Source: Callorhinchus milii
Taxonomy: Eukaryota
Length of the DNA stretch: 64,000 nucleotides
Reading direction: 5' to 3'
Assembly (NCBI RefSeq): GCF_018977255.1
Contig: NW_024704743.1
Location: 79,176,001-79,240,000, forward strand
This document shows positions 1 through 13,812 of this stretch, piece after piece. The position numbers and the translations under genes were made by a program. Within the stretch, counting starts at the first letter, position 1; each line of letters opens with the position of its first letter. The notes beneath the pieces were generated by a model, which did not search any database, was not told the DNA's origin, and worked only from the letters and a program-made list of their open reading frames with translations.

Positions 1-610
1 TTCAGTCTTTCTACACCCACTCTTTGGTATTCCATCCTGGATTCCCTCTGACTCATTTGCTCCCTTGCTCCTTTGAAGGTACATATCAAAACATACCTCT
101 TTGACAGCACTTCCAGTCATTTTTCTCCTCTCCATCCTCAGCTAGGGGGCTGATCCACCACCGAGACTTTGCTTTGGGACATGAAAGGGGCTTTGTAAAT
201 GTAAATTGTATTCTACAGAAAACAAGGAAGAAAGACTAGGAACATTTGACTCTTAAAGTTTACTTTCGCTTATTGCTCTTTGAATCATTTTTGCAGACAC
301 AAGTCATTAGAACATGTATAATGTATCAAGTAAATACGCTAAATCCATCTAACTTAAATTCTTTGGAGTTGGATTGTTCTCGATCAAGCTGATCCTAAGC
401 AATCATTTCTATTGATTAAATGGAAACTCTAGCCCCTTTTGTCTGTTTTGTGACAGTGATATCACTGGAGAAGCCTGGGTGAAATATGAGCATATTTTAT
501 TAAAGGTACAACATTTTATATAATTATTCTGGGGAATACTTGAACAGAGTATTCTTCTGTACATTTGACTCTTTTAAGAGTGTTGAGGCTGATTAGGCTA
601 GTTGATTCAA

Positions 611-1085
611 CAGTAAAACTCGCCTAAATCTTATCTTTCTGAATCGTATAATCGCCTAAGTCGAGAACCTGGGACCCATTCAGTTTCCTATCAAAACCAC
701 TTATATTTCTTTGCACTAGTCATATTTCATGAACAAGCCATCTCCTAACTTGTACCGCCACTCCTCTATCCTCCACTGCTGCTGGGCTTACCAGCTGCAT
801 TGAATCATTGGAAATGACACTCTGACCCGACGGTGCATTCACCCTTACCGGCTGGCTACATTGATTCGCAGGAAATTTAGTCTTGACCCATCGCCGCATC
901 CATACTTAACAACTGCAATGCCTAAGTACCACATGTGAACTTACTGTCATGGATTGAATCAAGCATGCGCAGTGTAGAGTATTGATTAAATCAGATTTTA
1001 TACGACATATACAGTTGCCTGTAACTTGGACTTAACGTAAATCTTATTAAATGTTATGGTGCCAACTGATATGACTTTTATTATA
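611..1085. mobile_element. Longer member of the same TIR family, right end eroded
   Basis: Starts CAGTAAAACTCGCCTAA; internal TTAGTCTTGACCCATCGCC and TATTGATTAAATCAGATTTTA shared with 48525-48824. Confidence 0.7.
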
Positions 1086-1087
1086 TT

Positions 1088-1443
1088 ATAGCCCATGTTG
1101 GGACTTGGAATCCGTAAACTCAATGCTGACACTACAGTGCAGTACCGTAGTTGTGCGTCATTTTTGGAGGTGCCATCCTTTAGATGTTAAACCAAGGTCC
1201 CTTCTGCCTGTTCAGGTGGACGTTAAAGATGCCATGGCACTATTTGAAATGAGAATGGAGTTTCTCCTGGTAACCTGACCAATGATACCCCAAATAAAAT
1301 TGGTCTTTTGTTCCATGGCTGTTTGTGTGCTATCTATGTCTAATATTGGCTCACAGTCACACCACTTTTGTAATATATCCTGTGAACTGTATTGAGGCAT
1401 CTTGACAATGTGGTAAGGCACAAATTATGCAAGGATTATTATA
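1088..1443 (+). mobile_element. Old DeuSINE (SacSINE1-like)
   Basis: GCTGACACTACAGTGCAGTAC...GGAGGTGCCATCCTTTAGATGTTAAACC...CAGGTGGACGTTAAAGATGCCATGGCACTATTTGAA. Confidence 0.8.
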
Positions 1444-2798
1444 TTTTGAGGGCTTTGCAGGCCTGTTTAAAATTGTACTGTATTTTATGACTTCTTTGAA
1501 AACATTGTGCATTCACTTGAAACTTCTTATGAATATTTTATATCTATTAAGATGTTTATACTAATTAATGGGATTCACCTAGGCCTTCTACTTTTATCAT
1601 TGTCATCCTCAAAAACTCCCAGGTCAGGTTGCCTATCAGACATAGTTGACTCTTCTCCAACAAAGTATGTTGACCCCCTCTCAGAAAAGCATTTCCAGCT
1701 GCACCAGTGTGAAAATATCTGCTCTCATATCTGCTGTCCTTCAGTCTTTCTTCATGAGAGTTTGCTTAGTATAAAATTATGGACACTCTTGTGCTATGGG
1801 CCTGTGACTCCTAAAACTAAAACTAGGTTAAGACTGTTTGAACTTATTTTACCAGACCCTTGCTCCTGGCAGAAAGAGGAGACTTTCATCCTATTAGTCT
1901 GGACTGGATTTGAACCTGAGACCCAGACGAGACAGGACTGTGAGCTTAATCCATGACTTTACTCCATCCCCCACCATTTGAGTACAGAAACTTTGATATC
2001 TCATATCAAATGCTTATTGCTGATTCTCTGATTAAATAAACCTAATTTTCAGACAGAGTGTGGAGCCATGTAAAGTTGAAAAAGGACATTTCAGCAATAA
2101 CTTAGTGCAAGCAAATTTTGTTGGTTCTTGATGGTTAAAACTACTGAAAAACATGTGATGCTAACCCAGAAAATGATGTACTAATATTCATTCATGGGGG
2201 GCAGCTGGACAGCTTTAATTTCTTTCACCCCCATCCTCGCTTGACTACACTGGTTCTCCATCCCCCAGTAGACCAAGTTCTTAGACATTTGATCAATCTT
2301 AATGCAGGAGATTGCTTTTCAAATTTAGATTCTCTTAAAACTACGACATGGTGGAGCAAACACATGATGCTTCTGGTGGAAGAAATAATTCCATTCACAT
2401 TGAGGATCACGTGAAGATTAATTCCAGTTGTGATTGAGCAGATAGTAATTGCCGTATACAAACATCTCAGGAATGTAGCAGCAGTCTACTGTTTAAAATT
2501 ACTGTATTACCACAACTGAAGAATATTGACTGTGCAAAGATTTTGCCCCTCCCTATTCTCTTTATACTTTTCCCAGTCCATTCTTAGATAATTTAAGATG
2601 ACTAATAGTGTTGTTCCTTTAAACCTTCCTAAATTGCCTACACATTTCCTCCTCAATTGCTTTTCTAAAATGCGGGTTTCTAAAATGGATAAAATTGCAG
2701 CTTTCTTGTTTCAATCTAGAGAGATACTATTTAAGTAGTCTCATTTGCAATAACTTTCATTCTAGTCTCTTAAAAGCAAAGCCATCTCACCATCTTTT

Positions 2799-5620
2799 AA
2801 GAATGTAAGAACATAAGAATTAGGAGCAGGAGTAGGCCATTCAGCCCCTCGAGCTTGCCCCACCATTCAATAAGATCATGGCTGATCTATTCTAACTCCA
2901 TCTACCCGCCTTATCCCCAGATCCCTTAATCTCTTTATCCACAATAAATTTATCAAACTCAGTCTTGAATATGTTCAAGGACTGTGCATCTACAGCCCTT
3001 TGGGGTAGAGAATTCCATAAATTCACTGCTCTCTGAGTGAAGAAGTTTTTCCTCAACTCAGTGCGAAAGGGCTTACCCCTAATTTTAAGACTGTGACACC
3101 TGGTTAGAGTTTCTCCAACCAGGAGAAAAAGTCTCCCACTATCTATTCTGTCATGCCCCTTAATAATCTTATAGGTTTCTATAAGATCACCTCTCATTCT
3201 TCTATATTCTAGAGAATATAGGCCTAAATTGCTCAACCTATCCTCACAACTCATCCCCCTCATCCCTGGTACCAACCTAGTGAATCTACGTTGTAACCCC
3301 TCCAAGGCGAGTACATCTTTTCTTAAATAAGGAGATCAAAACTGCACACAATACTCTGGGTGAAGTCTCACCAGGGCCCTATACAGTTACAGCAATACTT
3401 CCCTACTCTTATATTCTAACCCTTTTGTAACAAATGCCAACATACCATTAGCCTTCCTAATTGCTTGCTGTACCTGCAAACTAACTTTTTGTGACTTGTG
3501 TACAAGGACATCCAAGTCCCTCTGAACGCTAACATTATCTAGTCTCTCCCCTTCTAAAAAATAATCTGCTCTACTGTTTTTGCCACCTAGGTGGATGACC
3601 TCACACATTATACTTCATCTGCCACCTATTTTCTCACTCACCTAGCCTATCTATATCTTGTTGCATTTTTTTGATGTCATCCTCGGTGTTTACTCTCCCT
3701 CCTAGTTTAGTGTCATCTGTGAATTTGGATACATTAAGTTCGATGTCCTCATCTAGATCGTTGATGTAGATTATAAATAGTTGAGGCCCAAGCACTGATC
3801 CTTGTGGCACTCCACTAGTCACATCCCACCAATCTGAGAAGGACCCGTTTATCCTTACTCTTTGTTTTCTTCCCGTTAGCCATTCTTCAGTCCATGCTAA
3901 CATATTCCCCTTAATTCTGTGGGCCCTAATCTTGTGCATCAACCTTTTATGCGGCAGCTTATCAAATGCCTTTTGGAAATCTAAATACACTACATCCACT
4001 GATTTTCCCCCCTATCTAATCTACTTGATATGTCCTCAAAAAAACTAAAAGATTTGTTAAGCATGACTTCCCTTTTGTAAAGTCATGTTGACTCTGTCTA
4101 ATCATATTGTGATCCTCTAAGTATCCCACTACGACATCCTTAATTAAGGATTCTAGAATTTTCCCTACCACCGATGTCAGACTAACTGGTCTATAGTTCC
4201 CCATCTTTTCTCTCCCACCCTTCTTAAATAGTGGTGTGACGTTTGCGATCTTCCAATCAATGGGAACTGTTCCAGAATCCAAAGAATTTTGGAAGATCAG
4301 ACACAAGGCCTCCACTATCTCATGAGCTACCTCTTTTAAAACCCTAGGATGCAGACCATCAGGTCCAGGGGACTTGTCACTTTTTAATGCCAACAATTTC
4401 CCTAGCACCAATTCTTTGCTAATGTAAATTTCCCTAAGTTGCTCCCTATCATTAGCCCCTTGGTTCATCTCTATTTCTGGTAAACTTCTTGTGTCTTCTA
4501 ATGTGAAGACAGAAGCAAAGTATTTATTTAGGGACTCTGCCATATCCTTATCCCCCATTATAATTCCTCCTGTCTCTGCCTGTAATGGACCCACATTTAC
4601 TTTTGCTAGCCTATTCCTCTTAATGTATTTATAAAAACTCTTACAATCTGTCTTAATGTTCCTAGTTAGCTTGCCCTCATAATCCATTTTCTCACTCTTC
4701 ATGAGCTTTTTGGTTTTTCTTTGTTGGTCCCTAAAACACTCCCAGTCCTCAGGTTTGCTATACTTTTTCATAGGCCTTTTCTTTTAGTATTATACTTTCT
4801 CTAAGTGCTCTAGTTAGCCACGGATTAACTGCTTTCCCTGTGGTACTCTTATTCCTCAAGGGAATATGTGACCACTGAGAATTTTGCACTACATCTTTAT
4901 TTGAAATCTTTTCTCGCTACTGTTTTAATTCCATCCTTTATTAACAAGGTTACCCCCCACCCCCACCTCATTTTCCACATTGTCTATCCTTCCTATAAGC
5001 TGAAAACCCCTGAATATTTAACTCCCACCCTAGATCTCCCTGTAACCATGTCTCAGTAATGGCTACCGGATCACACCTATTTGTATCTATCTGTGCCTCT
5101 AATTCATCTGCCTTATTCCGAATGCTTCGTGCATTCAGATAAAGCGATTTTAGTTTCTTACCATTTCCCCTCCTCGCTGATGCCCTATCTTCTTTACTGA
5201 GCTTCTTACCCTTCTTTGACCTATTCTGTTTATCTCTGTAGCTATTCTGTTCTGCCACCTCTAGTTTTCTCAAAACTGCTGGCTTGCAATTATTTCTAAT
5301 TGTATCCCCCCCCCTTACTAGTTTAAAGCCTTATTTACCTCCCTATGTATTCAGTTTGCTAATTCCAGTCCGATTTAAGTGGTGCCAATGGCCCATAAAA
5401 TGAAACCCCTGCATTCCGCACCACTCCCTCAGCCATGCATTGAACTCTCTAATTTGCTTATTCCTGTACCAATTTGCACATGTCAAAAGCAGCAATCCTG
5501 ATATCACTACCTTTGATGTTCTTTGTTTCAGTTTAGTTCCCAGCTCCTTGAACTCCCTCCTCAGATCATCACAACTAACCCTACCTATGTCATTGGTACC
5601 TATGTGAAGTCCCACCAATG
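2799..5620 (-). mobile_element. CR1-clade LINE, degenerate: partial ORF1 esterase, endonuclease start, RT, 3' tail
   Basis: ORF fragments HIGTNDIG (SGNH esterase), YLNARSIRNK/ITETWL (APE endonuclease), KSPGPDG, NYRPVSLTS, YLDFQKAFD, GVPQGSVLGP, KFTDDTKL; tail AATGGCCTACTCCTGCTCCTAATTCTTATGTTCTT. Confidence 0.95.
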
Positions 5621-5876
5621 TGGTATTATCCTCGATCTCTCCTGAAGACCTCAAAATATTAAGTTTACAGTCTTGCCATTTCATTATTGTGCTACATGTG
5701 TTTGAAAATTAATGTTTTTTGAAAAGCATTATAGATGGTGGAAGATTGGATGTAACTGCATTAAGCAAATCTCTCTCCTTTTTTATAAATTGAATAATTG
5801 GTAGGAAATGGTGGGAATCTACATAAAAGCGAACTATAGATTTGGCAAATGATTTTAGTCAGCCAAGGTACTAAGT

Positions 5877-6267
5877 AATGATAATAATAATCCTTGCATT
5901 TGACATAGCGCCTTATCACATCTTTGAGATGTTTCAAAGCGCTTCACATAATGTACTATGAAGTGAATTGACTGTATATTTTGTGGGCGAAACTCAGCAG
6001 CCAATTGCGCACAGCAGCGTCCCCGAACAGTCATGGATTGAATGACCATATCCATACTTTTATTAAAAAAAACATTTTTTGAAGGGATTATTACCCCCAG
6101 AAAAGCAATTCGCCAATCGACTAACAACTGGGTTCCTACTTAAAGCTAGGTAAACAGCCGTGTGGAGTAAGGAAACTTGTCCAACGTTTCGCCCTGCCTG
6201 GGAATCAAACCCAGGTCCTCTTCACTTGCAAGGCGAATACTCTGCCCACTAAGCTACAGGACTGCAC
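5877..6267 (-). mobile_element. tRNA-derived SINE, long subfamily
   Basis: Same head and tail plus an extra internal segment (CCAATCGACTAACA...TTCCTACTT...GCTAGGTA) shared with 31285. Confidence 0.9.
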
Positions 6268-6336
6268 ACGTGGCTGACATGTTTCTGCCATTCATTAACA
6301 TAATGTTTGCAAATGTTTCACTGATGCACAAAAAAA

Positions 6337-6337
6337 N
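6337..6337. other. Single ambiguous base (N) after an A-run
   Basis: aaaaaanctt; assembly artefact or contig join. Confidence 0.95.
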
Positions 6338-8874
6338 CTTACTTTGTTACCTAGGAAACTACCATATAACAGTGTTAGTTAGAAAATTTATTCTGAACAA
6401 GATGCTACTTACTCAGCATTGTATAATATCTAAGCTTACAATAGAATCTACTTTTGATGTGGAAGAAGTCCTTTAGCATTTAGATCTTTTAAATAATCAA
6501 TTTTTCTCTGTATAAAATTATTTGATCACAAAAATAATTAATAGAACCCTAGAAATTGTTTTAATTTCTCATAACCTTGGATGTTTGATCAATGCATGGC
6601 CTCCATTTATTTTTTTAAAAATGTTAGTGCAGTCAGTTATTTTTCTATCGACGTTGATAACACGTCTCTGTTCCTTGCCGCCAGTTCCTCATACTGGCTT
6701 GTGGTTCCCCATAATTCCTTTTTTAAGAAAAATAATAAATTGGTCATTCAATCCATAACTGTTTGTAGGACATCGTTGTGTGCAATTGGCTTCCGTGTTT
6801 CACTTGCAAAATGGTCAATTCACTTTAAAGTATCTTCTGTGAAGTGCTTTGAGACGACTCACAGACGTGATAAGGCGCTATATCGAATGCAAGGATCAAT
6901 GCTGTGTACTGTTTAGGATAATGATTTTTGATCCAGAGATGAGATTGTTCAGTTTTAATTTTAAAAAATTTCCTGGGAAATATCTGCTTGTTTTGAGAGA
7001 GTAAGAGCACATTCATCCTGTGCTCTTCCACTAGATCGAATTACTGTTATCCTAATTCCCTGCACTTCCCTGCACTCTTTCATATTGTTTCTCTTCAATT
7101 AGTTAGTCTTCAAAATTTAAGGCTAATTTAAGAAAATTGGTCCCTTAGGACATCAGGAGAACATATTTGATATTGTAACACTGAGGATGTCTGTTTATTC
7201 TTTGAAAGCATATTTACATTCTATATGCCACTTGCAGTACTGTATAAACTTAACAATTTTCACTTGTTTACTGCCTTTCAAATGTATGCTGTCTTAAAGT
7301 GCTTTACAATAATAATATTAATACTTGCGTGTGATATAGCGCCTTGTCACATCATTACGCCATCTCAAACATGAGATGGGTAGTGACTATATTTTGTTGG
7401 GGGAAAAAAATCTGAGTGGGAGTCTGATTTGGGAAGTAAGTAGGGAGATTTTTTTTGGTCAGTTTGGAAACCCATCACCTTGTGATTCAAACATTGTTTG
7501 CATCTCGGATGTTCTGGTGTAAAATTAGTACTCCAAAATGTAAATTGAAATAAAGTTTTAAAAAAGGTTTCGGGTTTAATACCAAAATATATTACTTGAA
7601 ATAATGGAATTATTGTGATGAATGAGTTATTTTTATTTGCTAGTTGTTGTAGCACTATGCAGAGGGAAGCGGCGTAAAGTTGTAAGCTGGAGCGAGTTCA
7701 TGCATGTATTTCAGGAAATGGCTTGGGTGAGATGGCGAAGGAACAATGAATGCAAAGAAATTGCCTAATGTGTTTCATGATCTGTTCAAACAGGATTTTA
7801 AACTGAAGTTCTGAAGTAATAACTATTTTATATGAAAAGTAGGTCTATAAAGTTAAAACAAGTTTAAATAAATATTATTTTTTCTCCTGTTTGTTTAAAA
7901 TAGAATATTGTGTGTGTGTTGTGGGGTGAGAACATGGACAGAATAAGGAAAGTCCTACATACAATTTTTTGTTGTTGCAGTAGGGCACTGTATAATTCTA
8001 TACCTGCCAAATTTAATTGAAATAAAACTGCCAAGAGGAACTATTTTTTATACTTCCATTTTCTCCCGAACGTACGTAGAAAACATCCATGGTACTGAAG
8101 TACAATTTGAGATTAATTTAAGCATGCTATTTCTTAAATCAGTGGTACAGGATCATGGGGAAGTGAGGGGGAATGAGAAGGCACTTTTTTGTAAAATTGA
8201 GTGAATTGCTTACATGTGATATTATGAGTTAGTGAGATGGTTTAACTTCCACTGTCCTGCACAAATCATCCTCAATCATTGTTGCCTTTAGAAAACAGCG
8301 GCTCAAGTGCAAGCTTCCAAGTTGTATAATTGTGGACTTCGTGCTGCAGAAACTGCCCTGCAGTATAAAATGGGATGGGATTTTTTTGCAGCAATGGCAA
8401 ATATTAAACAATTACTTCCTGAAGCACGTCTGCCGGATGAATGCAACATTAAGATGAAAAGCTACCTCGCAAAATTCTGATCGAGGGCTCTTTCTCGTTG
8501 GTTGTTTATAATCAATTAGTAATGCACCTATTGTAGTTTTTGTCTAACCCTGGTCTGGATAATTTTGTTTTCTTTCTCTCATTTTCCCTGCACACAACTA
8601 TTTTTCTTTAGAAGCAAATGTTTTAACTACAGTGCCTTTGTGGTTAAGGTTAATTCTCTGACTCATAGCAAGCTCATGCTATTCAGTAAATTTGCCAGTT
8701 TTAGTGGATGAGAGCATATTCTAGAATTGCTAGTAAGCCTATCAGCCTTGGTGAATAAACAAGTTTTGTATTGTTTATATATTGTAGTTCTTAGTGATTC
8801 CAAAATCCTGAAAGCTATAATTTTATTTAACATAGCCATGGAAACCACCTGCATCAAAGACTATTCGACTGTTT

Positions 8875-9122
8875 GCATATAGGACCGCCGATTTTCTATC
8901 AGCTTGTCTGTTAGACATCAGGGACTGGATGAGTGCAAACTTCTTGCAGCTCAATGTGGACAAGACAGAAGCCATACTCCTTGGCTCCCGTCAACGTCTT
9001 CACTCCTGCGGATCTGAACTCTTCAACCTCCCTGGGCTCACCCTCAGACTCACCGAACCAGTGCGCAATCTAGGCATCCAGTTCGACCCTCCAGCTGTCC
9101 TTCCTCCTCCACATCCAGTCCC
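8875..9122 (+). mobile_element. L2 LINE RT C-terminal fragment
   Basis: WMSANFLQLNVDKTEAILLG...VRNLGIQFD. Confidence 0.88.
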
Positions 9123-11393
9123 TCTACAATAGTCTTTGGTATTGAGATATCTCATGTTGATCATATCCCATTGTTTAGATGCAAAACATCAAAGATCTAT
9201 TTGTCTCCTGACTTTTTAAATCCTCTCATTGGTTCTCCCCTACACAGAGGCAATCAGAGATTCTACTCAGAGTTGGATCTTGTCAGATCCGAAAAAAAAT
9301 ATCCATCGTACGCTCAAGAGGCACACAGTAGTGTAATAATTGAATTTTTCTACTTTCTAGTCAATATATTTGCTGATATTTTCAGCATGAAGTTATCTTT
9401 GTATACTGATGCCATGAAGATTAGTAAATTTACTGAAGATCAGAGAATCACCCTTCAAAAATGTAATGAATCCGGATGTTTGAGCAGTATATGACTTCAT
9501 TGAGATTTAATTATTCCCTTGAAATTATTTCTGGATATATTTTTAAATTGAGTATTTTATGTTAGTGTTTACTCAGTTGTTCGGTTTCTAAATGTGCTTT
9601 GTGCTGATACATATTTGTGTTCAAACTGAAGCATTAATAATTGTGCATTACTGTAAAAAAAATTAAAAGAAGTACAGTACTAAGCCCAGCATCTGGCCCC
9701 ATTCATATAAAAACAATATTGAATATGTATGTATATGGTGAGCCTCTCCTCATTTTCATCCTCTACTAACTTATTGGATCTCTCCAACTTGTGAAATATC
9801 ACAAAAACTGTGCTTATGTGCCAACTAAAATGACGTAGTGGTATTGGAGTTCTACTTTTAATTCTGCGTCAGAGACAAGTCCATAGTCATTCTGTGGTTA
9901 CGAGGTGTTCCATTATGTTGATTGTCAGGAAACTTTATGTTTCCTGTATATTTATAGCGTGATGAATTTAAATACTAAACTCACAAATGCAAAGTCTTTC
10001 CACATTGGTGTTCTGAATCTCTGATCTGTGGAATAACCGAGAATGTAACATTGCACCAGAAAAATTCCATGTTTCTTGTTTTGTCTACATTAGCATAATG
10101 ACTGTGCATAACAGTTATGTTGTATAACATAACATGACCTTGGCCTCAAAATAAAGCAAAAAATTGAGAGTCATTCATGGGCAAAATGTAGCAAAAATTA
10201 AAATACCAGTGCTAACTCACAACAACATTTCGTGCTGACTGATCATGTTGGCAGATTCCCAAGGGCTACAGCAATCTCATCTCAAAGCTGAAGGGAAAAG
10301 TGCAACCTTAAGATTGGGCGGGAGAATAATTAGTCAGGAAAGTAATTGTGTGGGATAAGGTAATTGGGAAAATTGGAGAACCCAGTAAGATCAAACTTCC
10401 TAGTGGAGGTGTAATGATGGATGGATACTATGAGGCTTACCTAATGACCTTTAGGGATTAGGAATTACTTATGCAAAGTCATCGTTCAGGATTAAATGGA
10501 TGGTCTAGAGCTATGGATAGGACATACTCTATAGGAGTAGACTTGATGCAATGAATGGCTTTTTCTTGTTAAATGCTTTACCTTCATTGAGTGGTAAAAT
10601 AGTATTCCATATTCATTTACAGATACTGAACAGAGCAATGATTTATTTTTTGTTGTTTTTAATTGGCATTTCTTTGGAGAATTTTTGGGTGACTTCGTTA
10701 GTGTAATTTTGAAAGCTTTATCTGAATCCTTTTCTGGCACCAATTCAAGATAATGTTTAAACAATGTTTATCTGCTGGCTTGAAATTGAGTCGTTTCTTG
10801 TAATATTGAAGTGCACTTCAGTATATTTGAAGCTAATTGACAGACTGGTATGAAAGGTCATTTTAAAAGTTCGCAGAGCTACTCAAGGATATCTGATTTA
10901 TTATGTAGCTTTTGACCACCTGCTTGTCCTAGGAGGTTTATGGATTGCTGTAGCACCATGGGGAATATAGTGACATGCATTTGAAAATTGATTGGATTCT
11001 AGTTTATAAAATATTTCCTTTAGTTTTCTAATGCTTTATATTTGATGACATTTGAAAACTATGCTTAACGCTTGTTAAAGTTTGATAAGAATTCACCCTG
11101 GAAAGAATTGACACTAAAATTTGTATTTTTTTCAAATGCATTGCAAAAGATATTCCTGGTTGGAAAATATGTGATACATTTGACCATTTTGTCACAACAG
11201 TAGTTTTGTATCTCCAAAATGATGATTATTTTAAGGAAACGTTTAAATGAGGGCTATGGAATAAACAACTTTGTATTCTGCTATTGTTGACTTAGAGGTA
11301 ATTGAAATTATTATTTCTGGCTTTGTTTTATCTTGTGTAACTGTATTGAGTTGAAGAAAATGAATACCCCGTGTCTTTTCTGTTAGTTTTAAA

Positions 11394-12065
11394 AATAATA
11401 ATCCTTGCTTTTGATATAGAGGCTATCATGTCAGAAGGACATCTCAAAAGCGATTCACAGGATTGTATTGTAAAGTGGGAGGTCGCCACAACCAATTTAC
11501 ACATAGCAATGTCTCACAAACTGCCTTGAAGTGAATGATCAATTTTGTCTATGGAATTGTGGAGTCCTGTAGCTCAGTGGTTAGAGCACTCGCTTTGCAC
11601 GTGAGAGAGACCTGAGTTCAATTCCAGGCAGGGGGAAACCTTGGGCAAGTTTCCTTACTCCACACAGAGCCTAATAATAATCCCTCCAAAACCCAAAACA
11701 ATAATAAATTGGTCATTTTCAATCTACGACTGTTTGTGGGACATTGTTGTGCGCAATTGGCTGCCGCATTCGCCCACAAATATACAGTCAATTCACTTTA
11801 CAGTGTGTTCTGTGAAGCGCTTTGGGACGTCCTCCCGACGTGAAAAGCGCTATATCAAATGCAAGGATTATTATTATTAAGATGAGGCGAGAAACTTCAC
11901 TTACCTTTTGAATAATGTGTGGGATCTTTAACATCCAACAGGCAGACAGGACCTCTGTTTAATGTCTCATTCGAATGATGGCACTTCTGACAATGCAGTG
12001 CACCCTCAGTGCACCCTCAAGATCGAGTTCAAAGACCTGATGTGGGGTTTGAACCCACAACTTCC
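11394..12065 (-). mobile_element. Old DeuSINE interrupted by a young SINE
   Basis: Tail 11394-11555 and Deu-domain/head 11880-12065 on the minus strand. Confidence 0.78.
11559..11879 (+). mobile_element. Young tRNA-derived SINE, short subfamily, nested in an older antisense DeuSINE
   Basis: A box TAGCTCAGTGG, B box GTTCAATTCC, tail GCAAGGA(TTA)n; highly similar to 45731 and 47625. Confidence 0.93.
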
Positions 12066-13259
12066 AAAAGTTCTACATCGTAGCAAAAACCTGCCTTTAA
12101 TTAAAAAAATTCCCTTCAGATTTTAATAAAATGTATCTAAGCCAAGTTTAAACAAGTAGATTTCAGTACATTTTACAATGGAGTAATATGATTTGGCTCT
12201 GGGCTGCCTTTTAGGTCAAATAAAATTACCTAAGAATTTAGAGGCAAGTCAGGGATTTGCCTCCTGGGAGTATTTTGGAACTGATACAATAGTAGAAACC
12301 ATTGTAATCCAAATTGAGCATAAGGTTTGGGTGATACTATTGTGTCTAGGAGTTTCTCTTTGTAAAAAGGCCAACAAAGTCTTCGTGGAATAGGTTTTAT
12401 CAACTGAAGTTGTTTGCAGAAAAATAGGGTTACTAGGAGGTTACAGAATATTCTTTAGTTTGTGTTAGCAAACTGTCAAAAGTGTTGAGGGATGTTTGAG
12501 CTAAATATAGTTCAGTCACCCATTGAGGGAAAAACTGTAGCTATACTCTGTTGCAGTTTAGAATAAAGTCTAGAAAAATTGAAGCAAAATGCAAATCTAG
12601 ATTATAGCAGAATGCCAGTTTATCTGCACTGGTCTCCTCTGTTGAAGTTGAACATGGCTTTGACCCATTTGGTTACTACAATAGTTTTTGTATCTCCAAA
12701 GATCATTTTAAGGTAACATTCAAATGGGGAACTTCAAATTATTGACTAGAAAAAAGTTGTGCTGTGTGCTCATTTACAAAGTTGCATGAGAGATTACTTA
12801 GGAAGCTCTGAACCAGGCTATATTCCGATTGTAACAGCCTCCCATTTAATTGTGTGCAATTTAAAACATGTGTATTAACAGGTTGCTTTTTTTGCTGGTC
12901 GCTGAGAGAAGCCTTTATATGGTTTAGGTTGCAGGTGATGGGGGGTGGGGGGGGTTGGAGATGGGAGAAAGAGAGAGGAGACTTGGAGAAAACGACTGAG
13001 TGACAGAAAACCATATATTTTTTAAAAATTGCCAAAGAATGTGAGGGCTAGACCACTTGCATATTGCTCCTAATTGTAGTTAGTAAAACAAAAATTGAGC
13101 TGAATTTTTATTAAAAAAAGTGCTCAGAAGAATATAATTTTAGCTTTCAGGGTTATCGAACTGAGTGGTAGAAATCGCCCCTATTGACTGGTCAAGTCTT
13201 GTCATTGAGTCAAGCTGGCTGATCCACGATCATCACTTCTACCCATTAGGGACACGGTC

Positions 13260-13812
13260 CTGGAAAAGGACGATATGTTAGAGGGTCCAAAAACTGAAAA
13301 GGAGCTATTACTCTGTTAGTTATTTACTATAGATCTCCAAATAGTGGGAAGGAAATAGATGAGCAAATCTGCAAGCAGATTTTGCAGATATGCAAAACCA
13401 ATAGAGTAGGGATAATGGAGGACTTCAATTATCGTAACATAAACTGGGAAACACACAGTGTAAAGGGCAAGAAAGGGGAGGAATTCCTGAAATGTGTGCA
13501 GGAGAACCTTCTGTATCAGTATGTTTCCAGCCCAATGAGGAAGGAAGCAGTGCTGGATTCAGTTCTGGGAAATGAAGTGGGGCAAGGGGAGCAGGTTTCA
13601 GTAGGAGAGCATCTGGATAACAGCGGTCACAATATCATTAGGTTTAGAATAGTTATGGAAAAGGACAACAATCAATCAAAGGTAAAGACCCTCAACTGGA
13701 AGCGGGCTAATTTTAGTGAGCTAAAAAACCTGGTCCAAGATAGATTGGAAAGAAAGATTGGCAGGTAAGACAGCAAACGAACAATGGGAAGCCTTCAAGG
13801 GGGAGATAGCTT
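13260..13812 (+). mobile_element. CR1 endonuclease-region fragment
   Basis: IMEDFNYRNINW, PMRKEAVLDSVLGNE, EHLDNSGHNIIRF. Confidence 0.88.

Noticed and set aside
11641..11880. Repeated 77-79 aa ORF MGKFPYST... (also 45811 and 47705), resembling a small gene family
   Set aside because: All lie in SINE copies and start at TTG; similarity reflects SINE amplification
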